A stretch of 61,696 nucleotides of DNA, filler included, from Porpidia crustulata (GCA_964255105.1; 4 parts of 4 records of this genome joined end to end with filler, not necessarily neighbours in it); one strand, 5' to 3'; counted from the first letter of the whole stretch, positions 21,984 to 34,486 are shown. Notes: generated by a model from the sequence alone, not told the origin. Made by a program: numbers and translations.

Positions 21984-23892
21984 GCCCCGCGACCCAGAAA
22001 TTCGACTCTCTCTGTAGACTGTGCGCAAGGCTAGTGTAGTCGCGACAGCGATGATACTTTTGCGCTCCTCTCGCAGTTGCGTACTGCCAAATAGGAACTG
22101 AAGGCGAGGGTTGGTTTATGCGGAAAGCGCAGTAGTGCCTTCGCTGAAGTCTTGTGATGTTCCGGGTCTGCCCTGTAATGCTCTCCTACTTCTCCCGATG
22201 CCTGCGCTTGCTGGTGAGTACGGTCGGCGGGGATGCTATCAAAAACCTTGGCGGTAGATTGTGTCTGCAAAATTCCTTGGACGTGATTTTAGAGCCACGA
22301 TAGGGAAACCGCAACCTTTGGTGCGAGTAAAAGCGGAGGTGTAATCGAGATTGTTGGACACTGCGCGATTCGAGGAGCGGAGGCAGGTCTTTGTTCTTGT
22401 GGGTTCTTGTATTGGTATTTGAATGATAAGGCACAGGCTGTCTCTCGTTCAAACCGACTACTGCACCCCACGCAGACGTGGAGAAGTATGGAGGCGGAAG
22501 TGGAGAGTGTGAACAAGTGTCTGGCTGCAGCAAAATACCTTAATGACGGTCTGCTAGAGCCCGAAGAAGCTGCAAAGTGACGAGCGTTAGGCTGGCTTAC
22601 TTATGAATATTATTTATTTATTGCCTGACCACCGCCGAACTTCGCCTACAAATTATAACAGGCTCAACTTAGCCTCACCGGGCACTGAGGGCGACTTACT
22701 TTAACCCTCTTCGTGAGTGTATTACCTTATGGCACCTACCATGGCTTCCACTGCGCAAACCTGCGCCCGCTACCGTTCCACGGCCATACCTTAGTATTCA
22801 ATGTGTATTCTTAGGTAAAACACTACATTCGTCGCTTGTCGCGTTTTCATCTCTCTCTAAATACTCGCTTTCTTTACTCTATATCAAAATTTTACGTAGC
22901 TGTTTGCTAAGAAATTTTTGTGGTCTCCGCGGACGATGCTGGGCCGCTTGACCAGACTTCAACTTGAGGATGAAGAGATGGGAAAACAGAAGTATATACG
23001 ACCATCATCAGCACATCGACCGCAAAACACTATATTTTGTCATCATGCTAGCGCGAGGCATGATGTTATATTGCGATGCTCTGGGTCCACCGCCGGCGCT
23101 TTCATCCATCGACGATCTCAGCAATGCCAATAGCCGCGGCGTCCTTTTACGTATACCACGGAAGTGTCTTTCTAAAGCATCCGCAGAATCCAAGTGCTAC
23201 AATATGGCCGCTTGAGAACAGAAATTCACATTGGGTGTTGCAGGAAAGGAAGGTTTGGTAGCTTCACGCTCTCAAGCCTGCAGCGGCGGACCGGACCTCT
23301 CGATTACGTGAAATTTTTTGTCAATGAAGTATATCTGTGTTGTGGACACGTTGATCTGTTCGCTTTCCTCACAATCTTCTTTTATTTCCAATTAAGGGAT
23401 TGATACTCGATAAAATCCCAATCTCTTTTGTACTCGCGTCACAGCCCTGCTATTCTTGACCTTTGAGGCCAGGAAAGACCAGATACATAGCTACAAGTCT
23501 CACCACAGGGCAACAATAGGTAGAAAGGTGCGCTAGAGAGGACGAATGGCGATCAATTCAGATGTTACTACGATCCAGCAAGATCAGACGTTAATTCAAC
23601 GTCAAACTCGGGTCCAAGACTGACGGATTTGAGTACATGGTTACTTGACAGACAACACCGACGTTGTGTAGTAAGACGGCTCATTTCTTATGCTTTCAGT
23701 GTCAAATCCAATGCCTGAACTTGTAGCTCAAATGACGGAGCATCTCATCCTGGGAAGGCCCCTAACACATTTCACTAAATCTTATTTGGCCCTAATCTTG
23801 CTCGGATGGCAATCAAGTTTCTCGACTGTCAGTCTGGTGGTGAATCGGTATCTAGAGCAATTCAACGTTTCTAGCAATACATAGGTTTAGGT

Positions 23893-23974
23893 ACATCGCA
23901 GACACGATTTTATAAAGACTAAAGCAGTACATTAACATCGCAAACTTAGATTTTACAAAGACTAATGCAGTACA
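23893..23974. repeat. Two-copy ~40-bp imperfect tandem duplication
   Basis: acatcgcagacac-gattttataaagactaaagcagtaca versus acatcgcaaacttagattttacaaagactaatgcagtaca. Confidence 0.8.
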
Positions 23975-24020
23975 CCAAGATACAACAATCTAGCACGTTC
24001 GCGATTTTGTCCGATGGAGC

Positions 24021-24827
24021 TTAAGACACGAGCCGCCACCACTCCATGTACCAACGATCTAACTTCCAAGAGTCGGTCCTTTCGAGAGATGTCGGCCGTT
24101 CGCTGTCTCGCATTCTCGTGGTAATCCATGGCGTAATGCCCACTGTGATCTTGTCCTCCAAAGTTGCTTCCCCATCCTCAACTCGTTTCTTCATGGCCGC
24201 ATCTGGCGTCTCCAACATCCAGCTAATATCTTTCTCTCCACGATCTGGGTAGCGATTGCCTAGAGGACGGCCATACACTCGTAATCCTTTACCGACGTTT
24301 TTCTGGAGTTCGTAGCATGCCTTGGCGATCTCCACTATCATTGTAATCGATCTGAGTTTAGTGAGTTGGATTGCTACATGTTTTAGTCTCGGACATGTCA
24401 ATAAGAGATTGAGCCCCAGACGATCGGGTCCAAAGTCGTTGGCTATTCTTACAGCATTATGCCGGTCTTCGAGCTCAAAGGTGATGTTTTTCAGCCATAG
24501 TGCTGGTCTGAACAGCATTTCGCCTTCTGGGCAAATCTTGAATCTATTTTTGAGTAGAAAGCCGACGGTACTGGACTGGAGTTGGAATTTGTTATGCTGA
24601 TAGAATATCTCGCAAGCCTCACGTGCAATCTGAACGGTCGAGAAACTCGGGTTGAGCAATTGGATGGCTTGCATGACCGCTGTATTGTCTTGACTGCAGA
24701 AGTGATTGTTTTGAGTGTATACCATTAGACTGTGACTTGTCAGGCATTCTCTGTAAACCTTGTCCCTCAGTTCACGAGGTAAAGACAAGAATGTTGTGAC
24801 GTTGCGGCGCCGTAAGACCAGCCCCAT
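24021..24827 (-). CDS. Fungal F-box-like hypothetical protein
   Basis: N-terminal TFLSLPRELRDKVYRECL and QIAREACEIFYQHNKF motifs, typical of expanded Pezizomycotina F-box-like families. Confidence 0.7.
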   Translation of the reverse strand: MGLVLRRRNVTTFLSLPRELRDKVYRECLTSHSLMVYTQNNHFCSQDNTAVMQAIQLLNPSFSTVQIAREACEIFYQHNKFQLQSSTVGFLLKNRFKICPEGEMLFRPALWLKNITFELEDRHNAVRIANDFGPDRLGLNLLLTCPRLKHVAIQLTKLRSITMIVEIAKACYELQKNVGKGLRVYGRPLGNRYPDRGEKDISWMLETPDAAMKKRVEDGEATLEDKITVGITPWITTRMRDSERPTSLERTDSWKLDRWYMEWWRLVS

Positions 24828-26018
24828 TCTGGAGAAGACCCGTAGCGGATTGAGTACCAGCCTTCCTGGACAGAGAGGAATAAATCTGTCAAGTCAAAAT
24901 GTAGCGTGATAAACTATAAAGTACTACTCGAATCCAAATGCTGAGTCGGTAGCCAGTGTGTTCACGAAGACAGAGTTGCAATAGCCTCACCGAGAAAGGC
25001 TGTGGATGCGCGGGGTTAGATACTATAGTTTGTCCAGCCTGTCACCAGCAGGAAATCTCTAGAATTAGATGACTCTTTTAGGACAGATGAGTCTCAATGA
25101 ATCATGTGTAGGTATCACGGTTGTTTCTTAATCAGTAGTTGGGTTTCTCCATGTAAATATAATCCCATAGGTTGTGAGAGACGAAAGATTAGTAGATCAA
25201 CGAGAAAAGTGGGAGAACCATTGATCACATGTTTTTTACATGTTCACCGTCACAACTTATCTTTACAGTTCGAGCCTCTATTCCACATATCTACCAGCAG
25301 TTGTCTTTTGACATTGAGGTCAGAGTTGTTCTTGATTATCAGTAATCCTGAAGATCGAACTTGCTTTCTCAGATACTTTCTGAATCGAATTAGTAAAAGA
25401 GAAGGATATGATAGTGAACCTTGCGAGGAAACCATACTGAATCCAAGTGGAAACACTTATGTCGATACAATGATGTAAAACCAAGAAGCAGGTGGCTGTC
25501 TCTGGAATTGGTGGAGTAGAAAACGGTACAAACGCGAATTTAGAAGGATCAAATAATCAGGGCTTGATTTCCCTCGGCTTGAATTTCTTCCACTCATCTT
25601 TGCGAAGCATGGTACACATCTGCTGAATTGGCTTTAATTTTCTTCGCCACTGTCCCCCTGACATGAGCACTTCCCCGAAAGTCTGAGATCGTGTGCCAGA
25701 GTGAGCTGTCTAGACGATCACACCCTTACTGTGGCCTCTGCAATTGGAATTTTGATAGATTGTATTGTTGTCGCTGTTAAGATATCGGCTTCAAGTAGCA
25801 AGAGCTTTGGTCCAAGGCACGTGGCTTAATGGTACGCTGGGCTTATTAGACGATATTATGCTCCCTATGGATGCTGCTAAGTGTTATATTGATTCCCGAC
25901 CAAGAGATTTGTTCGGTTCTGCTCTCCCACCGTTCAATTATCGTCGCTTCCAGGAGATCGGACAGGTTTTGCGGTTTTGGCATGGTAGATGGTCGACCCT
26001 GCGCAGGGCCTGTTCCCT

Positions 26019-26489
26019 TTACTCCTCGTGTTGTTCCTCAATCTTGACGACTTTATCCAAGGCTTCGCGCACAATTCGCACGCCCTCGCTGGCGACCTTA
26101 TTTGGGATTCTGATATCCACCTTCATTTTTGGGCTTGAATCTTTCCCCGCTCGATTAAGACCTTTGCCGATCGCATCAATCGACTCAGTGCCACTCAATC
26201 CGCTAAGATCCCTTTCTGAAGCTTTCTGCTGTGCATCCCCCCAGACCTTCGCCTCCTGAATGACTTTCTCCACAACTTCAGCATAAGTCTCATACTCTCC
26301 GCCCCGAATCAGTTGCAGCACCCGCTTTCTGACCGCATCCATCCATCCAGTCTCCTGACACGTCGCAAGGAAGGTATTTTGTAGGGTTGGGATTGTCGAG
26401 GTCTTGAGGAGGGTGTTGGTTATGTCATAACGGAGATTTTGAGAGAGGGGTATATGGGGATTGGGAGGGACTTTCAAAGTGGGCGCCAT
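26019..26489 (-). CDS. Sus1/ENY2-like SAGA/TREX-2 subunit
   Basis: 156 aa with CQETGWMDAVRKRVLQLIR and IRIPNKVASEGVRIVREALDKVV, matching the ENY2 helical pattern. Confidence 0.7.
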   Translation of the reverse strand: MAPTLKVPPNPHIPLSQNLRYDITNTLLKTSTIPTLQNTFLATCQETGWMDAVRKRVLQLIRGGEYETYAEVVEKVIQEAKVWGDAQQKASERDLSGLSGTESIDAIGKGLNRAGKDSSPKMKVDIRIPNKVASEGVRIVREALDKVVKIEEQHEE

Positions 26490-26792
26490 GAGCCTGTAAT
26501 GACAAAAAGATGTGCGTGAGGTGATGGATGGGTGAGGTCAATTCTCTCTGGGCTGATGTAGCTATGGCTCGAAAACGGAGCAATTTGCCATTATCGAGGT
26601 TTTAGGACGGCTGTATTGGAACATCTGGGGGGACGGGGTGATTCTATGGCTATTGAATTTATAACTATTGGACTCCGAAGTATCAATGATTGAATGCAAG
26701 CAATCATCTATTCCGGGAGGATTGTGGTGGAGGACAATGGGGTAAAAATCTTAGGCTAATGGTATTTTTCAAAGCCTTGCAGTCTTTCCGGC

Positions 26793-26923
26793 TACTCGTT
26801 CTCACCCCTCAACGGAACACACCCCTCAACGGAACAACTAGGTTCAAACTAGTGAATATAACCCTAACCCTATGAATGCTGTTCCTTCGAGGGGTGTGTT
26901 CCGTTGAGGGGTGAAAATGAGTA
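26793..26923. mobile_element. MITE-like element (127 bp plus TA flanks) with internal telomeric repeat
   Basis: 42-bp TIRs at 26795-26836 and 26880-26921 (38/42 match), each holding a tandem CACCCCTCAACGGAACA unit. TA on both sides. TAACCCTAACCCTA at 26859-26872. Confidence 0.85.
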
Positions 26924-27063
26924 AGTCACCTCCGTCTGATTATTCTGTATATTGCCAATGACTTTCACTTCAACATGCTCAAGCGTCCATGCTTTCGCAA
27001 ACAATATTCCGCGGATTTTGAACACAATCATAACATTGACCATTTATTCAATTTCCGAACTTT

Positions 27064-28356
27064 CTACTCCATCGTCAAAACGCTTCGGAACCTCACATTG
27101 CCACTTGTCATATGATCATAAGCCTTGTTCACCTCCGACAGAGGGAACTTTTCGACTATGCAATGGACGTCGTGAAGTTGCGCAAACTGGATGGCCTCTT
27201 CGCTATCGAGCGAATGTCCAGAAGGCCATCCGTGAACGGAAAGACCTTTCCCGATCATCACAGGACTACTCAAAGTAAAGTCCCCAGAAGCTAGAAGCAC
27301 CATTAGCATATACTATAATCATTTAATAAAGCCCTCAACCCACGAGAAAGAATTAGAAGTTTGCCCTGAGGAGCCAGACCTCCAAGCAATTCCCCCATAA
27401 TCGAAGGGTTTGGTGCCGTGACAACGATCAGAGCAGCACCACCTATCTTCTGTAGAGCTTCGGCATGGCTTTCTTTGCTGCCGTCGATGTAATCGGTAGC
27501 GCCGAGATCCTTGGCGAATTTCTCTTTCGACCCACTACTGGATAACGCCACCACTCTGTACCCCATGCGGGCCGCATATTGGAGACCCAAATGTCCGAGA
27601 CCACCAAGACCTTGGATTGCCACCGTTTCGCCAGGCATGATTTTCATTTGGCGAATTCCATTGAAGACTGTCACACCCGCGCAAAGGAAGGGGCAGTAGT
27701 CGGTTGGGTCGATGTTGGAGGGAATTCGGACGGCAGCTTCACTTCTAAGATTGCAGTATTCCGCATCTGCAACTGTAAGTATCGACTAGACCTCGGGGTT
27801 TCTGAAGCAGCTTACAGCCACCGTCCCGAGAGACCCCGTTGATGGCTGCGCTCTGGCACATTTGAAATAGCCCGCGTTTGCATGACTGGCACGTTCCTAA
27901 TTCAGTTGAATCAGTGTCAGAATGCAAGACTTCAACAGAGCTAGTCACCATCATGCCCTCCGTGCCACGCAGCACCAACGCGATCACCGATCTTCCAATT
28001 TTTTTCGCCGGGACCAAGTGCTACGACTGTGCCAATGCTCTCATGGCCTGGAATTCTTGGGCTGAGCCTTGTCAATAATTGAGTGCCGCAGAGGAGAGAC
28101 GGCAGCTTTACAAGACATTGCCCATATGCCCTAATTGCAATGATTGGTCGGTACGGCAGACGCCAGTAGCAAGAACTTTGATCAATATCTCTCCCTCAAC
28201 CGGCTGCTTGAGCTCGACATCTTCGAGGGTAAGAGGCGCATTCATTTCTTTGAAGACAGCAGCCTTGTAGGTCTTGGGGAGTGTGGGAGCCATGCCGATG
28301 GTACTTTTGATCGAGTCAATCGATGGTAGAGACTTTCGAAGGGCGTCGAGGGACAT
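27064..28356 (-). CDS. Zinc-dependent alcohol dehydrogenase (MDR family), 5 exons; alternative start 28293
   Basis: GVCRTD, PRIPGHE, structural Zn cluster CQSCKRGLFQMC, GLGGLG and NVRFRSVL. GT-AG introns. Confidence 0.93.
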
Positions 28357-30025
28357 GTGCTGTGGATGAGTATCACACGATTTGAAATTGCATCGAAGTG
28401 GGGTGGTTACGATAAATAATGTATAGAATTTATAATCTTTAAACAGAAGACGCGAATGGTTACTACGTCATAGTTCGTCCTAGCATTGGTGGACATCACT
28501 CAACCTTAAGTAAAATGTCTGGAGTTATCGCCGAGACTCTCAACATATAACCTATAGTCAGTCACCGCCAAAGACAATCCCATGTCTGTGGGGATCTTTT
28601 GATATGCAATGTCAGAATTTAGAGCCTCGCAGGAAGATAGTCAGAAAATTTAGACTGGTGTGCTGTAAAGCCCATGAGGCTGACTGACAAACAAGGGAAT
28701 TCGGAACGACGTTGAAATAGAGAAGTAGATCTTGATGCGTCTTGCGCGGGTCTTCAGTCTTAGTATTTACTCTACAAATGTACTAGCGTTGACGAAATCT
28801 ATCATGTAGGACAAAACTGTTCAGATATCAACCAAGGCCGGAGTCCAAATTGGGGAATCATCGCGAGCGCTCTTAGTGAACCGGGGCCCGTGAATTAATT
28901 CCGAACGACCAAACTATCTAGCCCAGTCACCAAACCGCTGATGCTACTCAGAACTATCATGCTATGAGCAGTAAACCTCATCTGTTTGACTATCGAAATG
29001 ACTGATATGATACTCCTCTAATGCTAGTCTACCCCATTGTGTAGTGTAACCTCGTTCCATTTTCTCTTTCAAATACGGACTTTGCTCGAGCCTAGAGTAT
29101 GTGACGCTTGTTTGTACTCTGATATCATTCCATGGCAGAAGTGACGATTCGGATAATGAGCCCAGGCGACCGGCTAAGTCTCGGCACTCCATTACCTCAA
29201 TGTCTCCCAAAGAATGGGCTTTGTCGAAAGATGGCATCGGCGGATCGTCTACCTTCCACATGACGTCTTGACGAAGCGCGTTTCAGCAATGATGAATATG
29301 TCCTTCAGATTTTCGGAATCTGACCATAATTGGTGAAGTCATTGAAAGGCATACGTATCACTTTCCGTAGACCATTAATCGGGTATTTCCTGGTTGCTCA
29401 GACAAATGTAGCAGGTAATGTAGATTATGAAATGTCTTGATTTATATATATACATGAAGCATAAAATATTAGATCTCTGCAACATTCATGGCATGCGTTG
29501 GTGTTGCTGCCACAATTATTTGCCGATGACAAAGATCGAAATGGATCGAGCTGCATTTGTTTTCATGATACAAGGGCTCACTAGGAGAACGGAGATGCAG
29601 GAAGAACGCTACTAATCCTTCAAGTACAGTATCTGAAGTCTTGCAACATCTTCTCTCTTCGTTCTTTCTCTATTCAAATCACATGTTCCATTCAGTTGTG
29701 ACCGTCGTCTCAACTTTTATGCGCTGTTGTATATCATTGAGAGTCGAGAAGCATAAGATTCGAGACGAGAAAACCTTCGATACTAGGAGTGAAAGAGATA
29801 TAAACAATTCTTGTGATCATGTGTGTAGAGGTCGGGTAGATATTCCAAAAGCGAAGCGGAGCCATGGCCGAAGTTCTTCCGAACCCGAAACCCTGCAGCA
29901 AACGCTGACATCACCATCACGTTCGCGATGTGAGGCGTCCATCATAACGCAAACCAGGTTCAATTCTGTGTACGCCAGGAAATAGTTTTCTATAACACTC
30001 AGAGCGTTTTCAGCCTACAGCGACC

Positions 30026-30827
30026 ATGGGTATCTCATATTCTACCGCGAAATGGATGGTACGTTGTAGTCCACTTATCCTAGCTGGTGAACAGAATGTC
30101 TTTTGAATTGTGATAATAATGAGACCTTAAACAGGCACCGGCCTCTTTCTTGGTCAATTTCGCCGCCCAGCAGTATGGGATGTTCTCAACTCCGAATATG
30201 AAAGATATCCACGATAGGAATCTATCCTTTTTCAGCCCACAGCCGTTTTTCATCGCCGGTTTCTTCTTTCCGCAGCAGTTGTTCCAGCTTGCATGGCTAT
30301 ATCGTCTGTGGAAGCTCGATTCTAAGAAACCTGCTGAGCGTGGGGAGTTGGACCAGATGGGTACAGACAATATCCATGAGACTCATCCGAACGCCGAGGC
30401 TGACTCTTCGCTAGTCGATTTCGTTCCATACTACTCTCTCGGCAATATCTGTATTGCAAGTACGTCTTCCTTTACCAATTTCTAGATTGGCCGGCAACTA
30501 ACCGATATATCAGCATGGATGGTGTTCTGGAATGCGGAGAAACTTGATATCGCGAACATCTTTGTAATTATTAACAGCTTGACCCAGCTGTACTATGTGT
30601 TCGCCAAACTCGGTCCTATGAATACCCGCTCTACCACTTCTGTCCTCACCCACATCGTCTCCAAAACTTTCGCGGGAATTGGGGTTCTCGACATGCTCCA
30701 CAACGGTAGCGTAGCATACTTCAAAGACCAGCCGGCGACCACAGCGGTCAAGGTTCTTACGGGCGTCGGGTTTGGTCTTACCAGTGCGTCAAGCGACTGG
30801 ATTTTTGGAGGCTGTCTCGTGTACGAT
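30026..30827 (+). CDS. Conserved-looking fungal multi-pass membrane protein, truncated by the contig end
   Basis: Four exons with canonical splice sites: MGISYSTAKWM-APASFLVNFAAQQYGM...FFSPQPFFIAGFFFPQQLFQLAWL...FVPYYSLGNICIA-WMVFW...HIVSKTFAGIGVLD. Confidence 0.75.
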
Positions 30828-30927
30828 NNNNNNNNNNNNNNNNNNNNNNNNNNNNNNNNNNNNNNNNNNNNTTAATTAATTAANNNNNNNNNNNNNNNNN
30901 NNNNNNNNNNNNNNNNNNNNNNNNNNN
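30828..30927. other. Artificial contig linker N44-TTAATTAATTAA-N44
   Basis: Same 100-bp cassette. Confidence 0.99.
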
Positions 30928-31892
30928 GGATGATGAGACTGGGGTTGGGATTGGAATTAAAACTGGGGGTTGAGATTGGAATGGAGGATGGAGTAGATGA
31001 ATAGGACACATAGAACCAAAAACCCAACCACACCTCACAACCACTCAGTAAAAACATCCCCAATCAAACCAAACCATCAAATGACAAAAACCACATTGCA
31101 AATCCTAAGCTATACCTGAATCTAACATCCACGAACCAAAATCGAGACGATCTAGATACACTATGTTTCGAGAGTTCAAAATGAATAGAGCCAGGTTTTG
31201 ATTTTCCATACACATGGAACAAGCAGATCAATGGTATCATCTACGCTAAACACCATCGAGTCAGTTTTCAACAAGCAGCGTCATTGCAGTGATATTCAAA
31301 TCGATTTTATCATCATCAAAATAGCCCGTAAACACCAACGGCAAAAAGGCTACCGGCCGGAGGCCACAGCTACGGAGCGCGATTTGGTGACTTCGGGGTA
31401 CTTATTAGGATCTCTAGGATCCTGGCACTGCAGACCGTCGCGAACCGAACCTGACGGTCTGCGCGGAAATCAGCAAGCCTGTTTTTCGCTGGTGGTACTT
31501 TGGTATCTCTATGACTGGCGCAGAAGCGGCTGCCGTGATACTTTTTGGTTTGGGCCTGATGCTGGTCACAGAGGCGTCTTGGACTTCGCACCTTTGCGGG
31601 TGTCGTGTGTAATGGATAAATCCAAGATTCCAGGATCTGCTGGCTGCTTTTTTGACGGCTGAAGGATGCCACGCCAAATGAGATCTGGAATAAGTTGATT
31701 GTCAGATATTCTCGGGTTTGGAGCAGCCTGAATCCCTGATGGTGGCTCCAAAAATTCTGTAGAGGTTTCTACAGAGGTGTTTGGCTTCTTAAAGCTCAGG
31801 TGCAAGTGAATGGTCCCGAACCTGGCTTTGTGGTACTGTATCTAATCCTTGAGTACCGAGCATGCTACGAGCAGTGCCCATATCGCACATGC

Positions 31893-33873
31893 TCATGTAG
31901 CCTCACTGTCCGGGACGCTTGCTATCGGTTCATGTTTGCCTTTCGCTCCCTTCGGAACGTTCGCCCTTGCTTTCTTCTTCATCGCCAATTCAGCGCGTCG
32001 TTCCTTGCTTTTCTGCCGCTTGTCACGTCCCCTACGTGCCCTCTCTTTATTCACCTCGCCGCCCCACCCCAGCTTGCGTAGGCCGCGTAGGCTAGCCAAT
32101 CTAGACAAATCTGGTGGTTTGGGTTCCGTGGACGCATTGCGCTTGGTATTTGGTTCTTTGGTCACTTTGGTAAAACTATCTTTAACACGATTTCTTTCCT
32201 TTTCAAAGGTCGAATAATTGGCGCGCACTAAACGATTCAGAAGTCCTCCGTCAATGAGCTTTCTCTCTTCGACGGTCTTTTGTTCCCACGCAGCCATGCC
32301 TAATTTGATACCTTTGCTGGCTTGCTCGAAAAGCTTTTGCACATGTTTGATAGCGTAAGCTTTCCTACCCAGATCGTTTGTAGGATCGGCGGGGTCCTGG
32401 AGGCAAAGTAGGTAGGGTTTGAGGGGATTGAGAGGGAAACTAAGGCTGCTGGCTTTGGAAAAGATCTGAGGTGGATTGATACAATAGCCAACATCGTAGA
32501 GATCGGCATTGGCGTAGAAATCAAGAACATGAAGAAGATGCTTGGCGAGATCATTGCGAGCGAATTGACCACTGTTCTGCTTGAGAGCAGCGACGATCAT
32601 CATCAAGATGGAATAGGACCCTAGACCACCTTCAAAGGGCGTATTCAAATTGCGCATTTCAAGTGCGCAACGAAGAACGATGAATATTGCACGTAAAGTA
32701 GGGAATTCTGCAAGATACGCTGCTGTAAAGTCTTTGTCGTAACGATCGGGAGATTGCGTAGAGATCTGAACCTGGAGCCCCGTGCGCCAATGCACTGCCC
32801 TAACGAGCGGTATTCGGCCAAAAACAATTTCCACAGAGGAAAAGGTCTTAGATTTGTGCAATCGCCTTTGTATGGTGAGGAGGAGGGCGTTCGTAGCTTT
32901 CATCATTTTGGAACGCGATTTGTGATTCGAAGTCGATTTGTCGACGGAGGGATGAGACAACGCAAAGTCGATGTCGGACGTTGGAGTTGCAAGATCAGTG
33001 CTGTGAGAGCCGACTAGTGAAAGGCTTCTTGGGGAGAGAGATGGTATCTCGAGAATAGACTTGAGTTCTACGATGACGGCCTCGCAAGCAGACTTCTCTT
33101 CTGGCAGGAGTCTCATATACGTCTCAAACGCTTTAATTTCATTGCTCAACCTATGACATCCATGATTAGATCTTGCACTTGCGGCATGACTAAAAGAATA
33201 ACCTTTCGTGACCGTCACCATCGTGGCTTTCCACAGAAGCAAGCCAAGGCCATTGTGATATATCTGAAACCACTGGCCGCGTAAGTCTCCAAGAACCAGA
33301 TGGTTTGAGACTGACGGGAGAATATTCTAGGACTTGGTACTTTGATGGCTTATCGCCTGGCTTCAGGCCAGCAAGCGCCTTATATTGTGAAGAATCTGGG
33401 GGCCAGACTTGACGGGGTTGAAGTCGTTCCTTTGGAGAGTCTATTGGGTTCAACAGCTCCTCATTCTTCTCAGTATTGTCTACAGCTTCTTCTTCTGCTG
33501 ATGTGATAGGTTCTGCAGCACTAGTATCATGATTGAAGTCTCCTGCAGGGTTACACCTGACCTTACGGATGGTCAGGGCCCTATTCTTCTCCCTATGGGC
33601 TTCCAGTGTCGCTGAGAGGTCATTAATAATGATGGCTTCATTATTCTCGACTCGAGTTTTGACGATGTTTCCCCTTGTATCTGTCCACGTTCCCTGAATG
33701 CCTAGAAGCCCTGGCAGTGGGGAATTCTCTCTTGTATTTGCCGACCTCGAATGGAGAAAGCGGTCGTAGGTAGAACACACCCAGTGAGCACGTCCGAAGC
33801 CATGATAGAACCAAGTCTGTCTGATGAGTCTGGTTATGTGGTCATGTCGAAGATTCAACACTCGAAAATGCAT
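31893..33873 (-). CDS. Non-canonical poly(A) polymerase / Trf4-Cid14-like nucleotidyltransferase, possibly mitochondrial, 2 exons
   Basis: GSHSTDLATPTSDIDF, GGLGSYSILMMIVAAL and LCLQDPADPTNDLGRK (PAP-associated domain). An intron at about 33152-33202 joins the two ORFs. Confidence 0.85.
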
Positions 33874-34014
33874 GAAACCTACATCTGTGTGAAGCTGTAG
33901 AGGCTTGGTTCAGTCGAGAATTAATGTATCTATTTTGGTACATATATAGAGCTAGGCGTGCTAGGGTAGCGACAATATTACAAGTTAATGCATGCGCTAA
34001 GATGATAATTACAA

Positions 34015-34291
34015 TCACCAGGGGGTGTCAAAAGTCAGTGGACTCAGCCCTACCGAGGCATCTCCAACCCCATCAAAATATTGAATAGCTATCTAATGAA
34101 GCCATCATCGTAAATCCGATTACATGGGCTTATCATCAAATTGCAATGAATAAACGCATCGTCAGAGTATCCTTGAATGTGTGCCCGTATTTCCTTCATG
34201 TAAGTTTGGTCTCATTCGAACTTGATGTTTTGATGGGACTGAAGATGCATTGGTAGGGCTGAGTCCACTGACTTTTGATACCCCCTGGTGA
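34015..34291. mobile_element. 277-bp foldback / MITE-like element
   Basis: 40-bp inverted repeat at 34015-34054 and 34252-34291 (39/40), extending inward to about 70 bp with mostly transition mismatches. No clear TSD. Confidence 0.7.
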
Positions 34292-34486
34292 ATGGAAAGA
34301 TACAAAGACGTCAGCCCAGCCGCTGAATCTCACTCGAAGCTTCAGCTTCGTCTTCAAATACGTATTTGTATCATGTTCATCAAATTTGTATGATACGAGA
34401 GTGATTTCGGGTGCCAAATATTCTAGTAATAGGTCGATACTAACCTAATACTACGTTGATGAGTCTTGCTAGGCAAAGATATACAT

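Noticed and set aside
23076..23261. WPLENRNSHWVL resembling a Ulp1-protease His motif
   Set aside because: Short ORF with no downstream Asp/Cys motifs; the similarity is too weak.
2876..26489. Apparent nuclear pore / mRNA export cluster (Nup42-like, ELYS-like, Sus1-like)
   Set aside because: Sus1-like is on a different contig. The remaining two genes about 5 kb apart are compatible with chance.
28600..29400. 99-aa minus-strand ORF and neighbouring fragments
   Set aside because: No recognisable motif or coherent splice model.
31370..31892. Coding-like frames downstream of the nucleotidyltransferase stop (readthrough or extra exon)
   Set aside because: Multiple stops and no convincing splice path; cannot be supported without RNA data.
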